DNA of 64,000 nt from Trueperaceae bacterium. Its GTDB lineage: Bacteria > Deinococcota > Deinococci > Deinococcales > Trueperaceae. Below are positions 19,844 to 30,240 of the stretch, in pieces. Position 1 is the stretch's first letter. Each line of letters begins with the position of its first letter. The notes beneath the pieces are model-generated. The model saw nothing but the letters and a program-made list of their open reading frames with translations, made no database searches and had not been told where the DNA came from. The DNA is taken from the NCBI GenBank assembly GCA_965214405.1, contig OZ243956.1, forward strand, positions 1,152,001-1,216,000. The letters are read 5' to 3'. The position numbers and the translations under genes were made by a program.

Positions 19844-22800
19844 TTGACGACGAAATCTCAACCCAGGAATCAGGCGCGCCCTCCGGTCACGGGGCGGTGG
19901 GGGGGCGTTATCGGCGTTGTCGTGGTTCTTTTGGGTCTGCTTGGGACGCTCTACCTTCTGCCGCAAACGCCCGCGGGGCGGGGCTGGCTGCTCTCGAGGG
20001 TGCAGGGAGCGCTGTCGAATTCGGGCTACACGCTGAAATACGCAGAGAGCGCGGGCAATCCCTGGCGCGGCGCGACGCTGCGGGGCGCGACGCTGACGGG
20101 GCCGGGGGCGAATGTGTCGCTGGAGAGGCTCGAGGTTTCGTACACGCTGCCCGCGCTCTTGAGAGGTAAGCTGCCCCTTTTTATAGACGCCGAAACGTTG
20201 CGCGGGGAGGTGTCGCCGAGCGAGTTTCCAGAACGCGCGGGGGGCGGGGACCTCCTTATCGAGCCGGTGCTGCGGGCCTTAACGCTAAACGACGCCGCGC
20301 TTACGGTCGATGGGACAGCGTATGCGCTGCCTGGGCTGTCGTTATCGGACTTTTCTGTAAAACAAGAGGGCGACGTGTACACATTGGCGGGCGCGGTGGC
20401 GACGCCTGACGGGCGCGCCGACCTCGGCGGCGCGCTGAGGGTGAATCCGTTTGGGCTCGAGCTCGACGTCACCCGCGCCGACCTTTCTTTGGCGCGCCCC
20501 TGGTGGTCGGGCGCGCAGGGGGGCACGCTTTCGGGTCGGGTGAGCGTTCAGGGTGGGGAGGTGACGGGGCGGTTTGAACTCGAGAACGCCACCACCGCGC
20601 TCGCCGGAATCTCGCTGACGGAGGTGTCGGGACCCGTTAAACTCGACTATCCCTTTATCAACGCGGATCTGACGGGGAAGGCGCTCGGCGGGCCGGTCGC
20701 CGCCGAGGGAAACGTGGACATCGCCAAAAAGCTTTGGCAGGCAGACGTGACGGGGCGGGCGGAACTCGAGGAGACAGCAGGCTGGCTAGCGCAAGGGCGG
20801 CTGGATGAACGTCAGCTCGAGGCGGTGCCCCTCACCGGAACGGCGGACATATCTCTTAACGCCTCGGGCTGGCGGGAGGTCACGCTCACGGGCACGGCGA
20901 CGGGCACGGGCACGGTGGCGGGGCGCGCGCTGGAAGGTCTCAACGCCGCCTTTGGTTTTCAGACGGGCGCGGGCACCAACGTCACCGCCGCGGCACAGGT
21001 TGCGGGCGCGCCCGTTGCGGTGACCTTGCGGCCTACTGGTGGGGGGCTCGAGCTGCAAGCGCGCGCGTCCCAGGTGCCGCTCATCGAGGGTCTTACGGGG
21101 AATCTCGACATAGAGGTGATAAACAGCGGTGACGGCTTGAGCGGCGGTGGAACCGCGGACGTGGCGGGCGAGGCGTGGGGCCGCACGCTTTCGGCGAAGG
21201 TGGACGGGACGCTGGATAGCGCGGGCTCGAGCCTCACACTGGAAGGCGAGAGCAGTTTGGGGGAAACGCTCACAGGTACTCTTTCATTAGAGGGCGGCAC
21301 TGTACAAGGCGACCTCACGGTGCGGGGGCTCACCGCGCCCGTTTTGAGCGAACCCTTTACGCTGCGGCTCCTTGCCGACGGTTCTTTAGAGGCGTTGCCG
21401 CTGGCGCTCGAGCTTAGCGCAGCGGAGCCCTTAGAACTCACGGCGGGCGGGCGCGGGCTGGCGACCGACCTTCGCGGGAGAGCGGAAGCCACGTTGCGCG
21501 GGTCGAACCTCGCCTTACAAGGCAACTTTGGCGGCTTAGAGCTTGAAGGCAACATAGATGTAACCTCACGCAACGGGAGCCTGACCTACGTCCTTACAGA
21601 CACGGCGCTGCGCGGCCCGGCCACGGGAACGGTTTCTATAGAAGAGGGAACGCTGACGCTGGACGGCGGAACCGTCCGCACACAGGCGCGGCTCCTCTCC
21701 TCACCCTTAGACGCCGGGGCGCTCGGTTTGCCCGCGCTGGACGCGGGGGTGACGGTTTCTAACGGCGAGGGGGGCGGCCTCACCGTAACGCTGCAAGACG
21801 CGGCGAAGGGGCTTTCTTTGGAGCTTCAGGGGGACGAGGTCGCGGCCACCTTTGGAGATACGCCCGTCACCTTGGGCGGCGAGGCGGCGACATTGGACGG
21901 GCGGGCAAGCTTTGATATAGGTGCGCCCCTCGAGAGCCTCAGCACAGACCTCAATGTGACGGGCGCGCTGGGCACGGCGCGGCTCGAGGGCGACGCTGCC
22001 GGAACGAGGCTCGAGCTTCACGCCGAGCCGGGCTTCGCGCTCGGCCCCCTCACGCTGGCGCAGGCCGCCGACCTCAGCGGCACGCTTAATTTGGTGGCAC
22101 GGCAGGTAGATTTAACGGGACGCGTGGGGGCGCTTGACGTGAACCTGACAGGTTCTGCGGAGGCTCCTACGCTCACCCTAAAGAATGCAGGAGAAACGCT
22201 GCGGGTGGACGTTGGCTTGGCGTCGGGGACGCTCTCCACCTGGAACGTTGAGGGGAATTTGCCGCTGGACCCCCTTGGGGCGGCGTTGGGGCTGCCGGTG
22301 ACGGGCACGCTGACCTCGGACTTGTCCGCCGATAACGGGCGTTACGAGGGGACGGCGGCGCTGAACGGGAGCGTTTTCGGCCGGGCGGTGGGCGCGACCT
22401 TGCAGGGGACGGGCGACGAACTTTTGGTAGAGGCTCAAACGCCCGCGGCGGGGCAAACCGTCAGGCTTAGCGGCTCTCTTTTACCCGAGCTTAGTGCGGC
22501 GCTCGAGCTTCCCGCCCTAGACGTGGGAATAACGCTGCAAGGCCCACCGGGCGCGCTCACCGCCACGGGTGAGGGTGTGGTGCCGGAGCTGTCGCGCGCG
22601 GGGGTGAGTCTGGAGCCGCAGCCCTGGACGTTTAACGGGAGTTTGCAAGACCAGCGCGCCACCCTCACCGTCGGAGAGTCGGCGCTGGAGGCGCGCTGGG
22701 GTGCGGAAGGTTGGGCGCTGGACGGTCGCATCTCTCAGGGGGTGACGCTACCGGGCGGGACGGCGCGCCTTGCGGCGGACGTTCGCGCTGGGGACGCGGG

Positions 22801-25800
22801 TGGGGGCAGTGGGACAGGGGACGGTTTATCCGAGAGCAGTGTGACAGGTTCGCTGACCCTCGAGACACCAGGCGAAGACGTAATGCTGCCCCTGACGGGT
22901 ACGCTTCAAGACCTCGCGCTTAACGGGCGCGTGCCCGCCTCTCTTGCAGCAGAAGCGTTTAGTTTGGGGGTTCCACTCGAGGGCGACCTCACCCTCGACG
23001 TTCACGTCACGCCCTTTGCAGCGTCACGTTTTGATGCAACGGCGGTGTGGGAGACGAGCACGCCGCTCACCGTCAACGTACGTGATGCGGGGGGCTTACG
23101 CGTGACCGCGGCGGCTGAGGGATTCACGGCGGGCTTTGAGAACGGGCGTCTGGAAGGGGCTGCCGACGCATTTTCTCTCGGCGCTTTTTCGCCCGCGCTG
23201 GCGGGCGCGGCGCTCTCGGGTGACCTTGAAGGCTCGCTTGCAGACGCCGCAGGCTGGGACGGCCTTCTCACCCTTACGACCCGCGACCCCGCGGCGGCGC
23301 TCACGCTCCGGGGCGCGGGTGAGCAACTGCTGCTAGAGGGTGAGGCCGCAGGAAATGCGTGGAGCGCCAGCGCCAACGGCTCCCTCTTGCCAAGCCCGCA
23401 GCTCGAGCTCACCGCAAAGGCGGCGGATGTGGCGAGTTTCACGGGCAACCTCACCGGGACGAGCCTTAAGGGCCGCGCGGTGGTGGACGCGCCGGACGCG
23501 CCCGCGCTCGGGTTAAGTGTGCCCGAGGAGACGGTGGACGTGCAGGCGAGCTTTAGGGACGGCCTCAGCCTCGCCTTGCGCGGCGACGCGCTCGTGGCAG
23601 ACCTGCAAAACGGCGTGTGGGCGGGGCGGCTCGAGCTTCCCTTTAATCTTGAGGGTGAAACGCATTGGGTTACAGGTACGCTTGCAGGCGCGGGTCTCTC
23701 CCCTGCCTTGGGGGGCGCGGTATCAGGGCCTTTTATTGAGGGGCCGCTCGAGCTGAGCCGGGCGGGCGTGACGGGCACGTTGGCGCTCGAGCCTGCCCCC
23801 TGGCTTCCTGACGCGCTCTCCAGCAGACTTGACGGCTCAAATGTCACGGTCACCCTCAACGCCACGCCGGACGCGCGGTGGGAGGCTGCCGTAAAAGCGA
23901 CGGCGGAAACTACGGCGCGTCTCCAAAAGTTGCCTCTGGACCTCCAGGCCGAATTCTCAGGCGAGGGCGCACGTTACGCGGGTGGGGGCGCGGTGACGTT
24001 TGAGGACCAAACCCTTCCCTTTACCCTTCAGGGGGAGGGCGGCGCGCTCTCCGGCGAGGTGACGCTCGAGGACGTGGCGTTAGAGCCCTTCAGTGCGCTC
24101 CTGCCCCTCTCCCTTACGGGCGCGGCGGACGGGACGGTGGCGTTCGGGACGGGAGACGGCCTGACTTACGACGCCGACGTGACGCTTACCGGACAAGCGC
24201 AGGAGCAGCCCTTTGGCGTGACGCTGACGGCGACGCCGGGGCGCTTAGAGGTAACGGGTGAGGCCGCGGGCGTTTCTGTAAGCGTGAACGGGACTCCGGC
24301 AGACGGGTTCGGGTTCGCGCTCGAGGACGCGGCGCGCGCTCTCGAGCTCGCCGGGAGGCTCGAGCTGGGGGACAGTTTGAGAGACGGTGTGGCGCTCGAG
24401 GGAGCGGGGCAGGCTTTGGGCCAACCCGTCACGCTCTCCGCCGCCTACAAACCGGACGACGCGCGCTTTGAAGCGTCGGTCGCGGGGGCGACGCTCTCAG
24501 GTTCCTTGCAAGGAACCCGATTCGAGGCGCAGGCGCGCGTGCCGGAGGGGACGCTCCCCGCGGCGGCCCCTATCGGGGACGTCCAGATCGAGATAACGGG
24601 TGAAGTTTCAGGAGGCGTGACGATAACGGACCTGAACGTGCGCTCAACCCTTCTGGACGAGCCGCTGGCGCTGGCTGCGGCGGGCGCGGCCTGGCCGGAC
24701 ACGAACCTGACGGGCAGCCTCAACTTGGGCGGCGCGCCCGAACCCGCGCGCGTGAGCGTAGTTAAGAGTGAGAATCTTTATAAAGTTTTTCTCAAGCAGG
24801 GAGCCCTCCTCGCTTCGGCTTACTTAGAGAGCGGGACATTTTCGCAGCTTTCGCTCGAGGGCGAAACAACCTTGCCCCTTGGTAAGTTGGGCGTAAGCAC
24901 CCTTGCGCAAGCGGGTCTCGCCGTCACGTCAGACCTTATGTGGACACCCGAGGAGGGCTATCAGGGCGGGGCGGAGCTTGGGCTCGAGCCGTCCTCAGAG
25001 GGAGACGCGCGGGCGCAGTTCACCCTCTCCGGTAACGGCCCCTTAATGGTGACGGGCGAGGGAAGCGTGCAGGGTTCTGTCTTGAGGCTTAATACCAGTC
25101 TCGGCCCGTCTCTACAGAATCCCGCCCTCGGCGGAAGCGCGCATCTCGAGACCTCTCTATCCACCCTCGCGCCGGTCTGGCCGGGTGAGGCGCTCGCCCT
25201 CACGGGCGACGTGACGCTTGCCGGAAGCGCGCGCGCGCCCACGGTCGCGGGGACGGTTCGTTTGGAGGGCGCGCTTACGTACGACGGAACGCTGGAAGGG
25301 AGCTTAGGGGGAGTCAACGTAAACCTGGCTGGGCCGGGATTGAACCTCACAGCATCCGGGGACGCGGGCGGCTGGACGCTCACCACGGAGGCGCGGAGTC
25401 TCGACGTAGGGCCTCTCTTGCCTCCCGTCAGCGTGCCCCTAGTCTCGGGTACTTTTGAGGCGTCACAAGCGTGGGGGGAGCCGCTGCGGGCGTCTTTGAC
25501 GGGGCTCGAGTTCTGGACCTTGCGGAGCGAAGTGTCGGGCGCATTGCATTATGACGAAGGGATAACGGGCACCCTGGCGGGGCACCTCGATGTGGCCGAT
25601 TGGCGGGGCGCGCCGCTGCGGGGCGTCATTCGGGGGGACGTGGCGTTGGGAGGAGCAGGAGACACAGCGGGAGAAGCAGGGAACCTGGCGGGCACCGTTA
25701 CGCTCGAGAACTTAGGGCTCCAGAGCGCGCCGTGGGGGCTTTCCGGCACCGCCACGCTTGCAGGTTCCGCCGCCGACCCCGAGCTTGACGTGAGGCTGAC

Positions 25801-28800
25801 GGGGGTGGGGGGCGCGAGCGGGACGCTTCTGGGGACTGCCGCGCCGCGTTCTGGGCGCGCGTCTTTAAGGAGCGACCTCGCCGTGGCGGATTTTTCGTCG
25901 GACGCGACCTTAACGCTCGCGCCGGGAGAGGCCGACGCGTCGGGCACGCTCGCCTGGGGTGACTACGGCCTCACGCTGAGGGGTGACACAAGCGCGGTTG
26001 ACTTTCTGGGGACGGGCGCGCTGGCGGGGTGGGCGGCGGAGCTGGACCCCGCGCGGGGCGCGCTCTCGCTGGGGGGGGCTCTTGAGTCCTTTGGAGCGCT
26101 CGCAGGACGAGTGGCGCTCTCGCTGGACGCGAAAGGAGACGTTTGGCTCACGGGCGCGCTGACGGACGTGCGGGTGGGGAACATACCCGTTGGAACGGTG
26201 GCGCTGCGTGGAGCGGGTGGCAAAGTTGCCGTTGACGGAGAAGCCATAGCGGGAACGGTGGCGCTTACCGGGAGTCCTCAGTGGACCTTGCAGCGCCTCG
26301 AGCTGCCCCTGCCCGCAGGGGTGCGGCTCGAGGCCTCGGGCTCAGGCGGGCTGGGTCGGGGCGCGCTTACCGGCGCGCTCTCGGGCACGCTCGCGGATGC
26401 GGAGGTCGCGGTGGGGCTTACGGGTGGCTACGGAAACGGGGCGCTCTTCGTCACGGCGGACGGCGGTCTTTTGTCAGGTGAGGTAAGTCTGGACGCGCGC
26501 TTTGGGGAGGGCTGGTCGGGCGGGCTCGAGCTTACAGGCGCACACCTTGGGGATATGACGGCGGACGTGCGGGGGGAGCTTTCGGGCGCGCTCGCCGCGC
26601 CGCAGCTTAGCGGCCAGGTGGAGGCTCTAGGGACTGGTATTTTGGCTGAAAGTCGCCTCAGCGGGACGTTTGGCGCGAGTTCTCAAGGCGTAACCGTAAC
26701 GCAGACCCTCACCTCGCCCCGTCTCAGCGCACCGCTGACTCTTTCGGGTGAGGTCTGGCCCGCGCCCGCGCTCGCGTTGGAAAGCGGGGGGGAGAGGCTC
26801 GAGCTAAACATTAGCGGGGACGGAAAGCTCACGAGCCGGGGAAGTCTTACTGTGGAAGCAGCGGGCTTTGGCCTCAGGTTGGGAACGCTCGAGAGCTCAG
26901 GGGGGCTTGGCGGGATTCTCGAGACGCCTCTGCCTGGTTTCGCGCTGGAGACGGGTGTAACAAATGTGACGGAGCTACTGGCGCGTCAAACGTTGCGGCT
27001 TGGGGGCCAAGAGAACGCAGACGGCGCGCTCATCATAGGCTGGGGGGACGGTCTCACGCTCGAGGCGGAGGGTCTGGGGTACAGAACGCAGGCGGGAACG
27101 CTGAGTCTGACGGGGACGCTGGCAGGGCTTAACGGCGCGCTTCAAGGGCGCTGGGGGGGGACGGGCGGCGACCTCCTCCCCTGGTTGGCCGAGGCGGAAG
27201 TTCCCTTTAGTGTGGCGGTCGAGGACGCGCAGGTCACGTTAAGCTCGCAAAGTTCGTTGGGGCGGCTTACCGCCAGCCTCGACCCCGAACGGCTCGCGCT
27301 CGACGTAGACGCGGCGCTGGCAACCAGCGCGGGCGCGGCTACCGTCCAACTCGCCTACACGCCCCAGGCGGGGCCGCAAGGCACCGTGACGCTAGACGGG
27401 GTGCCGCTGCTCGGCGGTGACGCGCCGCTCGGTTTGGGGGCGAACCTCACGCTGGACGCTGGGGGCGTCGCGGGCGACGCGCGGCTCCTCGCGGGGGGCG
27501 GGACGCTTCGCGCGGCGGGCACGCTCGGCTGGACGCGCTTGGTGCCCGAAGGGCTGCGCACGCGGTTTTTGCCCCTGGCCGAGAACACGCTGCGGGGCAC
27601 GCTGCGGGCGGCCAACGTGGATTTAGCCGCGCTGCCCGGCGTGGCGCTGCCCAACGTGTACGCGCCGCTGAGCGGGACAGCCGAGTTCGGCGGGGACAAC
27701 GTCGCCGGGCAGCTTCTCATCCCCGAGGGTCGCGTGCTGGACACGCCGCTGCCGACCGAATTAGAGTTCAACGGCACCCTCGCCAATATCGACGTGCGCG
27801 GTTTGCTGGGTGAGAGCCGCGTTAATCTCGGGTGGAACGGGCGCACGCTTTCGGGTCTGGTGAATTTAGAAAATTTCCCCTTGCAAACCCTCGCCGAGGC
27901 GGTGGTGGGCGATACGGGCGTTCAGGCGTCGCTCACGGGGGTGGCGCGGCTCGAGCTGCCCGTCGCCACGCCCGCGCAGGGCACCTTAGACGTCGCAACC
28001 GAGCGCGTGCGCCTAGAGCGTGACGGGGTCGTGAGCGAGGGCAACGCGTCGTTTCGCTTTGAGGCGGGCGGGCTCATCGTGGACGAGGTGCGTTTTAGCG
28101 GCGCGGGCGAGTGGCGCGCGCAGGGGCGGGTGACGCGCGACGCGCTCACCGGCTCGGTCGAGGCCGAGAACGCGGACTTCGGCCCTCTCCTGGGTTTGGT
28201 GCCGCGTTTGGCCGAGCTCGAGGTGGGGGCGCAGGGTTCGTTTACGCTGCGCGCGGGGGGCTCGCTCAGGAATCCCGACATCACCTTCTCCGCGCCCGAG
28301 CTGGCGCTAAAGGCGGGCGGCGCGGCGGGGCAACTTGACGGGACCGAAGGACGCCTCACGGGTGAAACGCTCTCGCTCACCTCCACGCTTACAGGCACCT
28401 CCCCCGTCACCGGCTCGCTGGCTGTTGAGGGCGGCGGCACCCTCAGCCTGCTGCCTTTTACCACGACGGGCCTCCGCTTCGGCTTCGGCGGCGCGGCGAC
28501 CCTGCCGGTCGTGGGCACGGTAGAGGCGCTGCGCGGCGAAGTCGCCTCGAGCAGCGAGGGCTGGACGCTCGACGCGACCGGCACGCTCGGCGAACCCTTT
28601 CGCGTTTCGGGTACCGTTGCGCCGCTCGACCTGCGTTTGGCGGGTGAGAACCTTGACTTGCGCGCGCCGCGTTACTTTTTGGCCTCGAGCGTGACCGACG
28701 CCGACTTACGCTTGCGCGCGGGCGGGCTGCCGGAAAACGGCTCAGGAGAGTCTGGAGACGCGTTCGTTCTTTCCGGCACTTTAGAGGCGACCGAGGCGCA

Positions 28801-29905
28801 GTTGGTCGGCGACCGCGCGGCCAAAGAAGCGCCGGTCGAGGGCGAAACGGGCGGGGCGGGAGAAAGGGGAGAAGGCGCGGGTGAGGAGGCCGGAAGGAGT
28901 GAAAATTCCTTTTTCGAGCGCGTCCTCTTCAACGACGTCACGGTGCGCGCGCCTCAAGAGCTGCGCTTCACCGCAGGCTACGGCTCCGCCGAACTCGGGC
29001 TCGACTTGACCGTCTCGGGCTCCGCCGCCGCGCCGCGGCTGGCGGGTGAGGCGCGCGCGCTGCGGGGCTCGTTCGGGTTCGCCAACCGCGACTTTACTAT
29101 CGACCGCGCGGTCGCCTCGTTTGACGCCGCGCGCGGGGCTTACCCCGTGCTCGACGTCGCGGCGCACACGAGCTTTGACAAAACCGCGGTGCTGCGCGGG
29201 GCCGACGCGCGGCGCGTGGACTTCGCCGAGCCGAGCGGGAGTTCGTTTGACGTGCTGCTAACCCTGGCGGGCGACTTAGGGGGCAATCCGGTGGACACGA
29301 ACCTCGCGCTCGCCCCCCAACTCGAAAGCCCCGCGCGCATCGAGGTCCCCGGCGAGGGCGGCCCGCGGCCCCTGTCGGACGGCGAACTTTTGTCGCTCCT
29401 CACGGTGGGGCGGCTCGAGCTGGGCAGCACGCTGGTGGGAGCGGAGGGCGTCGCGGGCTCTGTGGCGGGCAGCGCGGTCGATACGGCGGTCGATCTGTTT
29501 ATCCTTTCTGAACTTCAAAACGCAATCGGCGACGCGCTCGGGCTCGATTTCACGATTCAAACGAGTCCGCTCTCAAACGTCTTGAACGGAGACGGCGACC
29601 CGTTCGGGGTGTCGCTCGAGCTGGGCGGCTACGTTGACGAAGACCTGTTCGCCTCCTACCGCATCGGCTCCTACAGCGACCCGACCGGCCAATACGCTCT
29701 GTCAAACGAGTTCAGCCTCTCCTACGACCTAGCGCCCCTCAAACTCAACCTGTCGGGCGGCCTCAACTTTACCGAAGCCTTTGACCCCGTACCCGCGTTC
29801 GGCATCGCGCTCGGCTACGACTTGGCCCCCTTTACCTTCGACGCGGGCGTGGACCTGTCGGGGCTTGAGCAGCGCTTCGGCCTGGGCGTGAGCATCCGCT
29901 GGTAA
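19844..29905 (+). CDS. tamB: Giant TamB/AsmA-like protein (translocation and assembly module, DUF490-like C-terminus), 3353 aa
   Basis: N-terminal TM anchor followed by QTPAGRGWL; long Gly/Leu/Thr-rich beta repeats; C-terminal GSAAAPRLAG..G.FGFANRDF.I...PVLDVAA; GAGG upstream of TTG. Confidence 0.88.
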   Translation: MTTKSQPRNQARPPVTGRWGGVIGVVVVLLGLLGTLYLLPQTPAGRGWLLSRVQGALSNSGYTLKYAESAGNPWRGATLRGATLTGPGANVSLERLEVSYTLPALLRGKLPLFIDAETLRGEVSPSEFPERAGGGDLLIEPVLRALTLNDAALTVDGTAYALPGLSLSDFSVKQEGDVYTLAGAVATPDGRADLGGALRVNPFGLELDVTRADLSLARPWWSGAQGGTLSGRVSVQGGEVTGRFELENATTALAGISLTEVSGPVKLDYPFINADLTGKALGGPVAAEGNVDIAKKLWQADVTGRAELEETAGWLAQGRLDERQLEAVPLTGTADISLNASGWREVTLTGTATGTGTVAGRALEGLNAAFGFQTGAGTNVTAAAQVAGAPVAVTLRPTGGGLELQARASQVPLIEGLTGNLDIEVINSGDGLSGGGTADVAGEAWGRTLSAKVDGTLDSAGSSLTLEGESSLGETLTGTLSLEGGTVQGDLTVRGLTAPVLSEPFTLRLLADGSLEALPLALELSAAEPLELTAGGRGLATDLRGRAEATLRGSNLALQGNFGGLELEGNIDVTSRNGSLTYVLTDTALRGPATGTVSIEEGTLTLDGGTVRTQARLLSSPLDAGALGLPALDAGVTVSNGEGGGLTVTLQDAAKGLSLELQGDEVAATFGDTPVTLGGEAATLDGRASFDIGAPLESLSTDLNVTGALGTARLEGDAAGTRLELHAEPGFALGPLTLAQAADLSGTLNLVARQVDLTGRVGALDVNLTGSAEAPTLTLKNAGETLRVDVGLASGTLSTWNVEGNLPLDPLGAALGLPVTGTLTSDLSADNGRYEGTAALNGSVFGRAVGATLQGTGDELLVEAQTPAAGQTVRLSGSLLPELSAALELPALDVGITLQGPPGALTATGEGVVPELSRAGVSLEPQPWTFNGSLQDQRATLTVGESALEARWGAEGWALDGRISQGVTLPGGTARLAADVRAGDAGGGSGTGDGLSESSVTGSLTLETPGEDVMLPLTGTLQDLALNGRVPASLAAEAFSLGVPLEGDLTLDVHVTPFAASRFDATAVWETSTPLTVNVRDAGGLRVTAAAEGFTAGFENGRLEGAADAFSLGAFSPALAGAALSGDLEGSLADAAGWDGLLTLTTRDPAAALTLRGAGEQLLLEGEAAGNAWSASANGSLLPSPQLELTAKAADVASFTGNLTGTSLKGRAVVDAPDAPALGLSVPEETVDVQASFRDGLSLALRGDALVADLQNGVWAGRLELPFNLEGETHWVTGTLAGAGLSPALGGAVSGPFIEGPLELSRAGVTGTLALEPAPWLPDALSSRLDGSNVTVTLNATPDARWEAAVKATAETTARLQKLPLDLQAEFSGEGARYAGGGAVTFEDQTLPFTLQGEGGALSGEVTLEDVALEPFSALLPLSLTGAADGTVAFGTGDGLTYDADVTLTGQAQEQPFGVTLTATPGRLEVTGEAAGVSVSVNGTPADGFGFALEDAARALELAGRLELGDSLRDGVALEGAGQALGQPVTLSAAYKPDDARFEASVAGATLSGSLQGTRFEAQARVPEGTLPAAAPIGDVQIEITGEVSGGVTITDLNVRSTLLDEPLALAAAGAAWPDTNLTGSLNLGGAPEPARVSVVKSENLYKVFLKQGALLASAYLESGTFSQLSLEGETTLPLGKLGVSTLAQAGLAVTSDLMWTPEEGYQGGAELGLEPSSEGDARAQFTLSGNGPLMVTGEGSVQGSVLRLNTSLGPSLQNPALGGSAHLETSLSTLAPVWPGEALALTGDVTLAGSARAPTVAGTVRLEGALTYDGTLEGSLGGVNVNLAGPGLNLTASGDAGGWTLTTEARSLDVGPLLPPVSVPLVSGTFEASQAWGEPLRASLTGLEFWTLRSEVSGALHYDEGITGTLAGHLDVADWRGAPLRGVIRGDVALGGAGDTAGEAGNLAGTVTLENLGLQSAPWGLSGTATLAGSAADPELDVRLTGVGGASGTLLGTAAPRSGRASLRSDLAVADFSSDATLTLAPGEADASGTLAWGDYGLTLRGDTSAVDFLGTGALAGWAAELDPARGALSLGGALESFGALAGRVALSLDAKGDVWLTGALTDVRVGNIPVGTVALRGAGGKVAVDGEAIAGTVALTGSPQWTLQRLELPLPAGVRLEASGSGGLGRGALTGALSGTLADAEVAVGLTGGYGNGALFVTADGGLLSGEVSLDARFGEGWSGGLELTGAHLGDMTADVRGELSGALAAPQLSGQVEALGTGILAESRLSGTFGASSQGVTVTQTLTSPRLSAPLTLSGEVWPAPALALESGGERLELNISGDGKLTSRGSLTVEAAGFGLRLGTLESSGGLGGILETPLPGFALETGVTNVTELLARQTLRLGGQENADGALIIGWGDGLTLEAEGLGYRTQAGTLSLTGTLAGLNGALQGRWGGTGGDLLPWLAEAEVPFSVAVEDAQVTLSSQSSLGRLTASLDPERLALDVDAALATSAGAATVQLAYTPQAGPQGTVTLDGVPLLGGDAPLGLGANLTLDAGGVAGDARLLAGGGTLRAAGTLGWTRLVPEGLRTRFLPLAENTLRGTLRAANVDLAALPGVALPNVYAPLSGTAEFGGDNVAGQLLIPEGRVLDTPLPTELEFNGTLANIDVRGLLGESRVNLGWNGRTLSGLVNLENFPLQTLAEAVVGDTGVQASLTGVARLELPVATPAQGTLDVATERVRLERDGVVSEGNASFRFEAGGLIVDEVRFSGAGEWRAQGRVTRDALTGSVEAENADFGPLLGLVPRLAELEVGAQGSFTLRAGGSLRNPDITFSAPELALKAGGAAGQLDGTEGRLTGETLSLTSTLTGTSPVTGSLAVEGGGTLSLLPFTTTGLRFGFGGAATLPVVGTVEALRGEVASSSEGWTLDATGTLGEPFRVSGTVAPLDLRLAGENLDLRAPRYFLASSVTDADLRLRAGGLPENGSGESGDAFVLSGTLEATEAQLVGDRAAKEAPVEGETGGAGERGEGAGEEAGRSENSFFERVLFNDVTVRAPQELRFTAGYGSAELGLDLTVSGSAAAPRLAGEARALRGSFGFANRDFTIDRAVASFDAARGAYPVLDVAAHTSFDKTAVLRGADARRVDFAEPSGSSFDVLLTLAGDLGGNPVDTNLALAPQLESPARIEVPGEGGPRPLSDGELLSLLTVGRLELGSTLVGAEGVAGSVAGSAVDTAVDLFILSELQNAIGDALGLDFTIQTSPLSNVLNGDGDPFGVSLELGGYVDEDLFASYRIGSYSDPTGQYALSNEFSLSYDLAPLKLNLSGGLNFTEAFDPVPAFGIALGYDLAPFTFDAGVDLSGLEQRFGLGVSIRW

Positions 29906-30105
29906 GTCGGGTGAGGTCTCGGGGCAACGGGAATCTCCCCCGCCACTCACCGGTTTCGCCTCGAGCATGGGCATGTTGAGGCTTTCTGACTGCGAAGAGT
30001 CGTGTGTACCTCGCCCTCGAGGGTTGTTCTTACCGCTCCGACCGAACCTGTTATGCTGGCGGGATAGAGGTATGAATAGGTTGCATAACCTCTTCATTTT
30101 GCCTG

Positions 30106-30179
30106 GGTTATTTCGCATAGGTTCACACAGGTTTACACAGGTTCACCTAGATTGATTTCACACAGGTTGGTTTCACATA
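30106..30179 (+). repeat. Tandem 10/15-nt repeats upstream of pckA
   Basis: ggttatttcgcatag gttcacacag gtttacacag gttcacctag attgatttcacacag gttggtttcacata. Confidence 0.75.
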
Positions 30180-30240
30180 CGCGCGCTCGAGCCCGCGGGC
30201 GCAAGGCTAGAGGAGCACGAGCAGAAGAGAGCAGGCTACA

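Noticed and set aside
20026..29560. Numerous antisense ORFs within tamB and other genes (e.g. 23002-23865, 38655-39620, 58666-59532)
   Set aside because: Shadow ORFs from GC-rich codon bias opposite well-supported genes
30106..30179. Possible CRISPR array (also considered 61114-61161 and 2291-2352)
   Set aside because: Units are 7-15 nt, with no unique spacers and no cas genes
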